From an uncultured Collinsella sp. (GTDB taxonomy: Bacteria > Actinomycetota > Coriobacteriia > Coriobacteriales > Coriobacteriaceae): a stretch of 64,000 bases of DNA. Both the position numbers and the translations under genes were made by a program. The stretch spans positions 1,593-65,592 of the forward strand of contig UQIN01000015.1 in NCBI GenBank assembly GCA_900541035.1, read 5' to 3'. The notes beneath the pieces are model-generated. The model worked only from the letters and a program-made list of their open reading frames with translations. It had not been told where the DNA came from and ran no database searches. Of this stretch, positions 29,175 through 38,621 are shown piece after piece (the first letter of the stretch is position 1; each line of letters starts with the position of its first letter).

Positions 29175-30845
29175 CTACTCTTTATGGCTGCCACCTCCCC
29201 GCTTGACCAGGAGCGCGACCACGATGAGCGCGGCTCCGGCGACCGCTGCGGCGGCCGCGGCGTACATTGCCATATCGCCAGTCGAGGGCATAAAGCCTCC
29301 GGTGGTAATGCTAGGGGGTGTGCCGGTTGGCGTGTTGATGAGCGACGCCTCCAGGCTGCCCGTCGACCCGTCCGCGCTGTCGGCGCGCAGGGGCGACTCG
29401 GCCGTGATGGTGAGCTTGGGCTTGGCGGCGGCCACCTGGTCGACGTCCAGGCCCTCGGCGTTGACCGTCACGGAGCGCACGCCCTCAAAGGCGGTGTAGC
29501 CCTTGGGCGCCTTGAGCTCGCGGACCTCCAGTTTGCCCGAGTCCACGCCCGAGACGGTCACGCGGCCGTCCTCGCCCGTGGTGACGGTGGCCTTGCCCTC
29601 CGCATCCCACGTGCCGTCGGCCGACAGCGTGCGGCCGCGGTCGTCGGCGATGCTCAGGACCGCCCCGGCAAGCGGCTTGTCACCGTCGCTGCCGCGCTTG
29701 GTGAGCGCGAGATCCCAGGTGTAGGCGCACGCGTCGTCGCTCGGCGTGCGGGTGAAGCCGGCGTCGCCGGACTGGTCGGCAAAGGGAGAGCGCGGGTAGC
29801 GCAGGTAGACCTCGTTGGGGTTGCCCTTCGCGATGCCGTGGTTGCATGCGCTGTTGAGCGGCGCATTGTACACGGCGACCACGCGGGCGCCCGCGGTGAA
29901 GACGTCGGCCCCGCCGAGCGCGGCGACCAGGTCGTCGGTGCGCACGGTGAAGGTCTTACCGTCGGCCGCTACCTTGGTGGCGCACTGGGCCGTGATGTCG
30001 GTCCAGCCCTTCGCGGGCTCGGTGCCGGCGCGGCCGTCCTTACCGGCCGAGACGGCGTCGAAGCCGCCGTCCACGCCCGCCGCCACGTACACGCGCATGC
30101 TCGCGGCCACCTTGGAGGGGTCGAGTCCCGCGCTCATGGTGTCGACGAACCGCACCGTATAGGTGTCGTAGGCGGTAAGACCCGCCGGGACCGTGGCCGA
30201 GAGGCGCCAGTACAGGTCGTCGGCGACCGTGGCGTCGGCGGCCTTCTGCCAGACGGCGGTGCCGTCCTCCAGCACGTGCTTGGCGACCTTGGGGGTCGCC
30301 GCCTTGGGCTTGACGGTGACGGCGCTGCCGCCCACCAGGGCCATGATCGGCGCGGTGCCGGCCTCGCCCTGGGCGATGGCGTCGTCGTCGGCGACGATGA
30401 GCCAGTAGCCACAGGGCAGCTCGGCCGCCGTGCCCGCGTTGAGGGCCACGGACTCGGCGTCAGAGCTCTGGAGGGAACGAGCGAGCTGTGCGCTCAGCGC
30501 GCTCGTAAGGTGGGAATCGGTGTTGAGCCACTCGGCAGCTTCCTGCGCGGTGGTCTGGGAATTGGACATGCCGGCGCTGTGCAGCACGGGCAGGACGGCG
30601 TCGCGCGCGGCGTCGCTTGCCCAGGCGAGGTCGGTGGCGATCTTGGCGTCGCTGTCGCCGTCGACGACGTTGGCGCTAAAGATCTGGTAGGCGTCGTAGC
30701 TGCTCGCCACGGTGCCGCTCACCGTGATGGAACCGGTCGAGGTCGGCGCGGCCTGCGCGGATGCGGGGAACACAACCGCGCAGGTGCCAATCAGGAGGGC
30801 AAGCAGCGCAAACAAGATCGGGAAGGAGCAAACTTTCTTATTCAC
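29175..30845 (-). CDS. Second backbone-like/ancillary pilin
   Basis: Signal peptide, VKPK, ELKAPKGY E-box, MPSTG + TM sorting signal; GTG start overlaps the upstream stop. Confidence 0.82.
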   Translation of the reverse strand: MNKKVCSFPILFALLALLIGTCAVVFPASAQAAPTSTGSITVSGTVASSYDAYQIFSANVVDGDSDAKIATDLAWASDAARDAVLPVLHSAGMSNSQTTAQEAAEWLNTDSHLTSALSAQLARSLQSSDAESVALNAGTAAELPCGYWLIVADDDAIAQGEAGTAPIMALVGGSAVTVKPKAATPKVAKHVLEDGTAVWQKAADATVADDLYWRLSATVPAGLTAYDTYTVRFVDTMSAGLDPSKVAASMRVYVAAGVDGGFDAVSAGKDGRAGTEPAKGWTDITAQCATKVAADGKTFTVRTDDLVAALGGADVFTAGARVVAVYNAPLNSACNHGIAKGNPNEVYLRYPRSPFADQSGDAGFTRTPSDDACAYTWDLALTKRGSDGDKPLAGAVLSIADDRGRTLSADGTWDAEGKATVTTGEDGRVTVSGVDSGKLEVRELKAPKGYTAFEGVRSVTVNAEGLDVDQVAAAKPKLTITAESPLRADSADGSTGSLEASLINTPTGTPPSITTGGFMPSTGDMAMYAAAAAAVAGAALIVVALLVKRGGGSHKE

Positions 30846-33800
30846 GACGCTCACCTCCCTTCGCATTCGCCTTGCGACGAATGTGCATCCAGGCCGCAGC
30901 AGCGCAAAGCACCGCCGCGCCGGCAAGGTACGTCAGAGTGATGCCCGACATACCAGAAAGGGGCAAAGAGGTGGAGTAGGTGTTGGTGAAGGTGGGGGTG
31001 GAGTCGTCGGTGAGTTTGTGGTCCGTGTCGGTGGTCACTTCATTGCCGTCACGATCCCGAATCTGCTTGTAGGTCGCAGTGACGTTGATCTTGTGGTCAG
31101 TGTTATCAACTGCATTGACCGTAATCTGATAGACCGACTTGTCGTACTTATAGTGCGCAAACGGCGTGTTCGGCTGCTGTTCGCGGACGTAATAAGTAAA
31201 GGTCTTGCTTGCACCGCGGCCAGTGGAGTCAGCCGGAAGTTTGTTGAGTTGATCGAGTTTGTACTCGATCTTGTCGAAGCTCAGGGTCTGGGACTTGCCG
31301 CCGTCGGCAGTGGTGATAATCTCGCCGTCGGGGTCGGTCATAACCGTCTTGGGACTATCGAAGTTCTCGTTATCCGCAAACTCGAGCGTGAACTCCTTCA
31401 TCTCGCCACCCTTAACGACCTTGGTCGCCTTAGGGATCCAAACGCCAGTCGAGTCGTACGCGGTACATACGTTAGTGAAAGTCGCCGAACCGTCCTCACA
31501 GATAATTTGATAATAGCCGTCGACATTCTTCGCGACACTCCACGTTTTTTTGTTAATCCACTTCCCAGACTTATCGAGTTCGTACTTGGTCCCGTTGACG
31601 TCTGTAATCGTGTAGTTATGGATGAGAAGTTCCTTCTCTTCGTTCGGATTATTTTTACTCGGAACAGTCATGAGCTTGGTCGGCTTATCCTGGGTCCGTA
31701 CCACAATCTCATACACACTGGAGTCGCACGTGATGTCAGGATCATCGCCGGCATCTTCGACCAAGTAGTATGTGATTTCGTTACCCGTGCCACCCGTTGC
31801 GAACTGTTCACCAAGGTCAAACGTGATATTGCCGCTTGCATCATTTTTTGCAGTTCCAACCTCGGTGCAAACGTTACGATTGAATGTCGCGCTAGCCAAA
31901 GGGTCGGTTGAGTCCTTGCGGTAGACCCTAAAGGTAAACTGATTCTCTTCGAGCCCCTCGTTCACATTTGTCTGCGAATTACGTAGTACCTTGGTCGCCT
32001 TGAGCTTGAGGCTCGGATAGACATACGTGTCCTCAGGCACGCCCATGTACAGGTCGCCGTTCGACATGATGCCGCCGCCATGGTCCCAGGAATAGTTGCC
32101 GGTGATGAACGTTGTCGCAACTTTTTGCGCATTGATCGCGGCTTCGTCTTGAGCTGTAACACCCGAGCTCAGGCCGATGCTTTTATATACCTGCACGCCA
32201 CCGTTAGCGGGGATAGTAATGGCTTGCGTAAGCTCTTTACTTCCCTTGTATTTGGCGTCACCGCCGCCAAGCATTTTGCCAATCACCGCCGCGATCGGGG
32301 TCTTATGATCCTCCGCCGCAAGGAAGAAGTCCGCGTGGCCGTTTTCGCGAAACTCTTTGGCATTGTAGGCGTCAGCATCCTGGTTCTTTTTGTGTTCAAG
32401 GCCTTCGTAGCCACCAGCGGATAGGTGAGGGGTGCCTTCGTTACCGCTATTCGTTTCAGAATTATAATCAGCTTTTGCGTCCTGCTGATCTTTGGCAGAC
32501 GAATTGCCAAAGATTGCTGTGCCCTCAGTGTTCGTTACCAACGTCTTGCCCGTAGGGCAGACTGCAACGCCACCGCCATAGCCGCCAGCGGTATTGGCGC
32601 TAATGTACGAGTTATATATGAATAGCCTACCAGCAGTCTTCTCCTTGCCCAAATCCGAGTTTCCCTGGACAAAGATACCGCCTCCGCCCCAGTCAAAGCG
32701 AGACATGCAAGAGTTATTAGTGATGTAGACTGGGCTATCGTTTGACGACCCATTTATCATCGCGTCAACCATCTGGCCCACTCGAATGCCAGCACCTTCA
32801 GATCGGTAGCTCACGTTAGAGGCAATAATTCCTCCCGTGATTTTCAGCCACGCCATACCCGTACGGGATTGCTCATTACGGTCGACATCCGTGACATAAA
32901 CGCCGCCGCCTGCTTCCTCAGAATAGTTGCCCGTGATCTGGCCGCCCGAAATGGTGACATGAGTACCGTTTCTAGCGGCAAGTCCAGCGCCGCCATGATC
33001 GCCATAACCATCATGGCCACAGAAATTGGCATATTTATTGTTCGTAATGTAACCGCCGGAAACAGTAACGCTGCCGCCATATTCGGCCATGATGCCGCCA
33101 CCAAAGCCAGCAGAATCAAGCGTGCTGTTGCCGGAGATTACGCCATTAGTTATGGTGACCGTGGAGCCTTTAGCATACACACCGCCGCCACTAGGAGCAC
33201 TATTGCCGGCAATTACGCCACCGGTCACATTAAGGGTCGAGGCACTACCTTTATCGTTGGACACCATAATGCCCGCGCCCGAGCTAGAAGCGCCACAAAC
33301 ATAGCCGCCGCTCATGTTGACGGTAGAGCCGTTCTCGGCATAGACCAAGCTGCTAACCCTGCCGCCTTTCTTTTGCGTGATCACGCCGCTCACAAGGTTA
33401 AACGAGCCCTTGCCGTTGTTGTTATACAGATTGATGAGCCTTAGATTTGCGTTGCCGCTGCACGCCACGATGGCGCCTTTAATATCAACGTCATGTTTGA
33501 CAAGCGTCTCGGTTGTCCCTGTACCACTTGGGGTCGATTTGGTCACGTAGTAGGTAAGATTAGACGGAATGCCATCAACGTAATTTAGCTCGGCTTTCTT
33601 GCCATAATTATCGGGATTCAGGTACTGCCCCTGATCAGTAAGCTGCTGGCCCTCGATGAGCGTCTCATTCGCCTGTGCGGAATCCTTAATTGTAAGTGTT
33701 GCGCCGTTAGCAATATCAAATAACGGCTTGTCGGTGTTCAAGCACTTAATCTTATGACCGTTTAGGTCAAGGGTGATATTGATAGGGTTATCGTCAGTTT

Positions 33801-34320
33801 GTTCAAGCCTAATCTCACCGCTGTATTCAATATCGTTAACAAGCTTAAAAGTAGCGGAGCCATTTCCATCGCGAAATTTCTTGTCAGGAAGCTTCGCGCT
33901 GAGTTCATCTCCTCTGCTGATTTCATAAGTCGATTCATTTTCTGCAGCAAGTGCGATTGCGCCCTCGCCGTTAGCACTATCATCCGCAGACTGAGCATCA
34001 CCCTCGGCCTCCGTGTCGTCGGACGGCAGGTCTGCGGCAACGGCGTCTTCGCTCGCGCCATTCTCGGCATCGTCACTATTCTGGTTTTCGGTATCCCCGT
34101 TGTTGGTGCTGCCTACATCAGTAGACTCACTTGAGGAACCCCCCCCCATCACAGTTCCTTCGGTAGGAACCGTCTGGGCACCGTTGGCAATGGCCTGCGA
34201 GATCGGTGGCATGACGAGCGACAGTACCAGGCTCAACACGGAGGCTCCGCACAAAACGCCTGCCAGTACACGGCGCGTCGCTTTATTACTCTGCTTAGAT
34301 TTGTCTGAATTCGCTTTCAT
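30838..34320 (-). CDS. Tip adhesin/large pilin with Gly-rich beta-helix-like repeats and Spy0128/FctA-like C-terminal domains
   Basis: Repeated GGxIxGN/GGGVY units, FTYYVRE...YDKSVY...FTNTY, LPLSG + TM + RRK. Confidence 0.82.
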   Translation of the reverse strand: MKANSDKSKQSNKATRRVLAGVLCGASVLSLVLSLVMPPISQAIANGAQTVPTEGTVMGGGSSSESTDVGSTNNGDTENQNSDDAENGASEDAVAADLPSDDTEAEGDAQSADDSANGEGAIALAAENESTYEISRGDELSAKLPDKKFRDGNGSATFKLVNDIEYSGEIRLEQTDDNPINITLDLNGHKIKCLNTDKPLFDIANGATLTIKDSAQANETLIEGQQLTDQGQYLNPDNYGKKAELNYVDGIPSNLTYYVTKSTPSGTGTTETLVKHDVDIKGAIVACSGNANLRLINLYNNNGKGSFNLVSGVITQKKGGRVSSLVYAENGSTVNMSGGYVCGASSSGAGIMVSNDKGSASTLNVTGGVIAGNSAPSGGGVYAKGSTVTITNGVISGNSTLDSAGFGGGIMAEYGGSVTVSGGYITNNKYANFCGHDGYGDHGGAGLAARNGTHVTISGGQITGNYSEEAGGGVYVTDVDRNEQSRTGMAWLKITGGIIASNVSYRSEGAGIRVGQMVDAMINGSSNDSPVYITNNSCMSRFDWGGGGIFVQGNSDLGKEKTAGRLFIYNSYISANTAGGYGGGVAVCPTGKTLVTNTEGTAIFGNSSAKDQQDAKADYNSETNSGNEGTPHLSAGGYEGLEHKKNQDADAYNAKEFRENGHADFFLAAEDHKTPIAAVIGKMLGGGDAKYKGSKELTQAITIPANGGVQVYKSIGLSSGVTAQDEAAINAQKVATTFITGNYSWDHGGGIMSNGDLYMGVPEDTYVYPSLKLKATKVLRNSQTNVNEGLEENQFTFRVYRKDSTDPLASATFNRNVCTEVGTAKNDASGNITFDLGEQFATGGTGNEITYYLVEDAGDDPDITCDSSVYEIVVRTQDKPTKLMTVPSKNNPNEEKELLIHNYTITDVNGTKYELDKSGKWINKKTWSVAKNVDGYYQIICEDGSATFTNVCTAYDSTGVWIPKATKVVKGGEMKEFTLEFADNENFDSPKTVMTDPDGEIITTADGGKSQTLSFDKIEYKLDQLNKLPADSTGRGASKTFTYYVREQQPNTPFAHYKYDKSVYQITVNAVDNTDHKINVTATYKQIRDRDGNEVTTDTDHKLTDDSTPTFTNTYSTSLPLSGMSGITLTYLAGAAVLCAAAAWMHIRRKANAKGGERRE

Positions 34321-34777
34321 CGATGTCTCCTCCCCAAGAGACCGCGATCTTGCTCTTTCCCTATCAAACGTATCTGCGCAATCTGTAATTGCGCTCGCGT
34401 AGTAATACTATTGTAACTATTGTTTAAACATCTGAACAACAAAACCGACATTTTTGTAGCAAGTTCTCAATTCTCTTGACATTTGCTCGGATTTGCCTTC
34501 GTTTATTCGCTATCTAATTTTTGTTTCTGCTGGTAATTTAGTTGCCTATTACCTTTTAATGGCATTAGATTTATTTGCACAACATTTTGCTCAAGAGCAA
34601 ACATCCTGTGAACGGTCGAAAATCGACCGTGAGCGGTAGGTCATTAACCGGGATGAATATCCTACCAAACTGATGAGAATATATTAAACCCATCGGTAGT
34701 TAGAAGCATGATGTTCAGACAACAATATTTGAATTTTCCCACAGATTTTAGGTATCAATTCGCCCAAATCGCCTGAG

Positions 34778-34812
34778 GCCGCCACAAAGGCGCCTGTTCC
34801 CTTTGTGGTGGT
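34778..34812. repeat. REP-like hairpin, family B
   Basis: gccgccacaaaggcgcctgttccctttgtggtggt. Confidence 0.8.
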
Positions 34813-34824
34813 TCTCCCCCTGCG

Positions 34825-35646
34825 CTACAACAGATGTTCCTCGATAAAGATCGCGATGCCGTCTTTGTCGTTGCTGGCGGTTACAAAATCGGCGGCGGCA
34901 CAGGTGGCGTCGCTGCCATTTGCCATGGCCACGCCCACGCCGGCGTCGGCCACCATGCAGGTGTCGTTGTCGGCATCGCCAAACACGCAGATGTCCTGGA
35001 GCTCCATGTCGTTGAGCTCCGCCACGCGCACAAGGCCGCGCGTCTTGGACACGCGCGGATCCATGAACTCGTAGAGCCGCTGCGTGGTTTGCAGAGCCGC
35101 CGCCTTGACGGTGTCGTCGGCAAACGTCGACGCCCGCTCTATCACCCGCGGCATTACCTCGGGCGCCATGGTAAACATCACCTTGGGCTGCGGCTCGCGC
35201 AAAAACTCGGCAAAATCGACCACCTGGTAGGGCACGCCGTCGACGCGCGACAGGTGCTCGACGCACGCGTTGCTCTCGGGCACGTAGAACACGCCGTCTC
35301 GGGGGCAGACGGGCGTTGCCGGAAGGTCCGCCATGTGCCTGCAGATGCGCGCGATGGTTTCACCCGGCAGCGGGTAGCTCAGCTCGTTGATGCCGTGCGC
35401 GCGATCGATGACCTCGGCTCCGCCACAGCCCACCATCACGTCTACCAGGCCTTCGATGCCCCAGAGCTCGTACATGGCCTCGGTCGCGTGGGCGTCGCGC
35501 CCGGTGCACAGGCCAAAGAGCACGCCGCGCTCGCGCAGGGCGCGGATCGCCGCCACGGTGCGCGGGGACACCGTGTGCTGGCTCGTGAGCAGCGTGCCGT
35601 CGATATCGCAGAACACGGCTTTGATGTGGCTGAAGGTGGTGTCCAT
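34825..35646 (-). CDS. Cof-type HAD-IIB hydrolase
   Basis: CDIDGTLL, CTGR, SK and FGDADND motifs; start MDTTFS. Confidence 0.9.
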   Translation of the reverse strand: MDTTFSHIKAVFCDIDGTLLTSQHTVSPRTVAAIRALRERGVLFGLCTGRDAHATEAMYELWGIEGLVDVMVGCGGAEVIDRAHGINELSYPLPGETIARICRHMADLPATPVCPRDGVFYVPESNACVEHLSRVDGVPYQVVDFAEFLREPQPKVMFTMAPEVMPRVIERASTFADDTVKAAALQTTQRLYEFMDPRVSKTRGLVRVAELNDMELQDICVFGDADNDTCMVADAGVGVAMANGSDATCAAADFVTASNDKDGIAIFIEEHLL

Positions 35647-35729
35647 GGGGGCCTTTCTGGGTTGTGCGGCGGTGCTGGGTGTATTCGTAAGCGGCGTACA
35701 TGGTATACCAACACCCGGTCGCGCTCTGA

Positions 35730-35783
35730 CAAAGCAAAACCACCACAAAGGTGCCTGGCCCCTTTGTGGTGGAAATGACGTTT
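35730..35783 (+). repeat. Family B hairpin within a 54-bp direct repeat (copy 1)
   Basis: caaagcaaaaccaccacaaaggtgcctggcccctttgtggtggaaatgacgttt; copy 2 at 37212-37265. Confidence 0.85.
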
Positions 35784-37050
35784 AGCGATCCAGATATTTG
35801 TGTCCAAACAGCAGTAGCGCTGCGGGGACCGCCGTTACGACTATGCCCGCTCCTACGAGCGTCTGCTGCACGCCAAATGTCGACGCCAGCCACGGGGCGA
35901 TCGCTAGCGGGGCCACGCCGGCGAACATGTTGCCAAAGCCCATGACCGAGTTGACGCGGCCGAGCTGCTCGAGCGGCGCCGTCGTTTGCACGATGGTGTT
36001 GTGGAGCGGGTTGACGACGCCCCAGGCCACGCCCAGGGCGATCTGGCCGATGAGCGCCACGCCCACGTACGGCGTGCCCACGTAGAGCAGGCTTCCCAGA
36101 CCCACGGACATAAGCGCCACGAGCAGCGTTTTAAGACTGACGAGGCGCGGCGGCATGCGGAGCGCGACCACGGCGCCCAACACCGCGCCCACACCGGATG
36201 CCGACGAGAGCCAGCCCATCCACTCGACACCGACGTGCAGGACATCGCGATAGAAGAACGACTCCAGCGGATCGAAGGCCCCATAGCCAAAGTTCGAAAG
36301 GAAGATGATGCAGAAGAGCAGGGCGAGGACGCTGTTGGTGAAGACCGTCTTGATGCTGGTCGCGAAGGTGGCGCGGGCGGACGTGCCGGGGTTGGAGCTT
36401 TGGCTTGTACGCTCCCCCTCCCCTGTCGAATCGGCGTTCTCCCGTCCAGCGACGCGACCTGTTTGCGGCTTAAAGCCCCAGCCGGCGATGAACGCCAGCA
36501 CGGTAAAGAGCATCATGAGCACGAACACCGCGCGCGACGATGCGGCCGCCGCAACAAAGCCGCCCAGCGTGGGGCCAACGATAATGCTCACGTTGGAAAA
36601 CATGGTGATGGCGGAGTTGATGTCTTTGAGCTCGACAGGGTCGTCGGTGAGGTAGGCCGGATAGGACGTGGCGATGGGCTGGGCGAACCCCATTACAAAG
36701 CCCAAGAGTACCGCGCCGGCAAGGACCGTCTCGGTCGCGTCGCCAAAGGCGATGATTGCTGTGCCCGTTGCCAGCGTGCTTACGATGCTCAACAAGAAAT
36801 GGCGGCGCGGGCCCCAGGCGTCGAGCGCCGCGCCACCCGCAAAGGACCCCAGGATCACGAAGACGTTCATAAAGAGAACGGCCAGCGACGTCGCGACGAC
36901 CGAAGCGCCGTCCGCATAGGTGAGCGTTCCGATAACGCCGATAAAGTAGCTGGTCTGAAAGCCGGTGTAGATCAGAAAGCGCATCGCCACCAGGCGCTTA
37001 GCCTGAGCGGACAGCGACGAGTTAGTTTTTGAGAATAGAGGCATGGGCAT
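35782..37050 (-). CDS. MFS transporter (macrolide-efflux/H+ antiporter-like)
   Basis: About 12 hydrophobic segments; GGAALDAWGPRR, IVGPTLGG and QLGRVNS motifs. Confidence 0.88.
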   Translation of the reverse strand: MPMPLFSKTNSSLSAQAKRLVAMRFLIYTGFQTSYFIGVIGTLTYADGASVVATSLAVLFMNVFVILGSFAGGAALDAWGPRRHFLLSIVSTLATGTAIIAFGDATETVLAGAVLLGFVMGFAQPIATSYPAYLTDDPVELKDINSAITMFSNVSIIVGPTLGGFVAAAASSRAVFVLMMLFTVLAFIAGWGFKPQTGRVAGRENADSTGEGERTSQSSNPGTSARATFATSIKTVFTNSVLALLFCIIFLSNFGYGAFDPLESFFYRDVLHVGVEWMGWLSSASGVGAVLGAVVALRMPPRLVSLKTLLVALMSVGLGSLLYVGTPYVGVALIGQIALGVAWGVVNPLHNTIVQTTAPLEQLGRVNSVMGFGNMFAGVAPLAIAPWLASTFGVQQTLVGAGIVVTAVPAALLLFGHKYLDR

Positions 37051-37177
37051 AAGAGCTCCTTGTTGCATACGAATACGGGCCGCGGGCATTGGCCGCCGAC
37101 CATCGACTCAATCTTTCCGTATGCAACGCTAAGGACGCATCGGGCCCCTTCTCTCCGTTTTTGCCAGCACGAACTAC

Positions 37178-37315
37178 TTGGTAGATTTTAAGGCATGTCC
37201 CAAAGATCTACCAAAGCAAAAACACCACAAAGGTGCCTGCCCCCTTTGTGGTGGAAGTGACGTTTGCCCAGGTAAAACCTGCCAAAATAAACCTGTCCCT
37301 TTTTGGCAGGTTTTA
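37178..37315. repeat. Cluster of three family B hairpins with different stems
   Basis: Hairpins at 37178-37214, 37223-37253 and 37273-37315, each with TGTCCC or TGCCCC in the loop. Confidence 0.8.
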
Positions 37316-38617
37316 GGCGAGATAGTCTTGAATCAAATCGCAGATGGCTCGGGCGTCGTTGATGTTGATGGCTCGGGTCGCAAAGCCGGCGTCGAAGGCC
37401 TGACGCGCCAGGGCTTCGTTGCAGGCAAGGGCCAGCGTGCGGCCGTCGACCAGGTCGAGCGAGCTCTTGCCGCGCAGGCGATCGACGCCGGAGCGCGCAA
37501 CCACGATATTGTCGAAGCCCTCGGTCTTGTAGCCCTCGATGATCACCACGTCGACGTCGTTGTAGCGTGATAGCAGCTCGCGGGCGGGCATCTCGTCCTC
37601 CTCGCGCGTGTCGGCGTACTCCGCCCAGCGCGTGGCGCAGATGAGACCCACGTGCCTGGATCCTGCCTGGTGATGGCGCCATGTGTCCTTGGCGGGCACG
37701 TCGATATCGAAGCCGTGATGTCCATGATGCTTGAGCGAGCCCACGCGCAGGCCGCGGCGGGTGAGCTCGGCGATAACCTTCTCGACAAGTGTGGTTTTGC
37801 CCGAGTTCTGGTAGCCGATAAACGCGATCGCTGGGGCAGCCGGGGTGGGAGCTGCGGGCACGGCCGGGGCGGATGCGCTCGCGGGCGCGGTGCCGTCGCC
37901 AGCAGCGGCCTCGGCAGCGGCAGCTTGACGCTCCGCGCGATCCCAAATGCCCGAGCGGCCACCCTCCTTGTGCAGCAGACGCACGCCGACGATCTCCATG
38001 CCGCGGTCGACCGCCTTGCACATGTCGTAGATGGTCAAGCACGCGGCACTCGCGCCGGTCAGCGCCTCCATCTCGATGCCCGTCTTGCCCGTCACGCCAG
38101 CTGTGACCAGCACATGAAAGCCGACCTGTCCATCGGGACGCGCCGGCGCCCAGCCCTCGGGCACGTCCTCGGTAGGCGTTCCCGCCGGAGCAATGGGCTC
38201 GATATCGCACTTGCTCTTGGTGATGAGTAGCGGGTGGCACATGGGGATGATGTCGCTCGTGCGCTTGATGGCCATGATACCCGCCACGCGCGCGCAAGCG
38301 AGCACGTCACCCTTCTTGGCGCGGTCCTGCAGCACCATGGCCTGCGTCTCGGGATGCATGAGAATCGTTCCCTCGGCGATGGCGATACGGTGCGTCTCGG
38401 CCTTGTCGGACACGTCGACCATGCGTACCTCGCCCTTGGCGTTTACGTGCGTCAGCTCGTCGCGGCGGGCATCGCGGGCGGACTCGGCGGCAGCGTCGGT
38501 GGTCGCCGTTGCGGCTTGCTCGGACGTAGTGTCTTTGCTGGCAGACGTGGCTTTGTGGGCAGACATCGCGGCCCTGCGAGCGGCCTTGGTGGCATCGGCG
38601 TACCTGCTCTTGGCCAT
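37313..38617 (-). CDS. moaC: Bifunctional MoaC-MobB fusion protein
   Basis: LTH...MVDVSDK, KKGDVL, IPMCHP, TGIEMEAL and YDMCKAVD (MoaC), an Ala/Pro linker, then GYQNSGKTTL...LKHHGH...IIEGYK (MobB). Confidence 0.9.
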   Translation of the reverse strand: MAKSRYADATKAARRAAMSAHKATSASKDTTSEQAATATTDAAAESARDARRDELTHVNAKGEVRMVDVSDKAETHRIAIAEGTILMHPETQAMVLQDRAKKGDVLACARVAGIMAIKRTSDIIPMCHPLLITKSKCDIEPIAPAGTPTEDVPEGWAPARPDGQVGFHVLVTAGVTGKTGIEMEALTGASAACLTIYDMCKAVDRGMEIVGVRLLHKEGGRSGIWDRAERQAAAAEAAAGDGTAPASASAPAVPAAPTPAAPAIAFIGYQNSGKTTLVEKVIAELTRRGLRVGSLKHHGHHGFDIDVPAKDTWRHHQAGSRHVGLICATRWAEYADTREEDEMPARELLSRYNDVDVVIIEGYKTEGFDNIVVARSGVDRLRGKSSLDLVDGRTLALACNEALARQAFDAGFATRAININDARAICDLIQDYLA

Positions 38618-38621
38618 ATGA

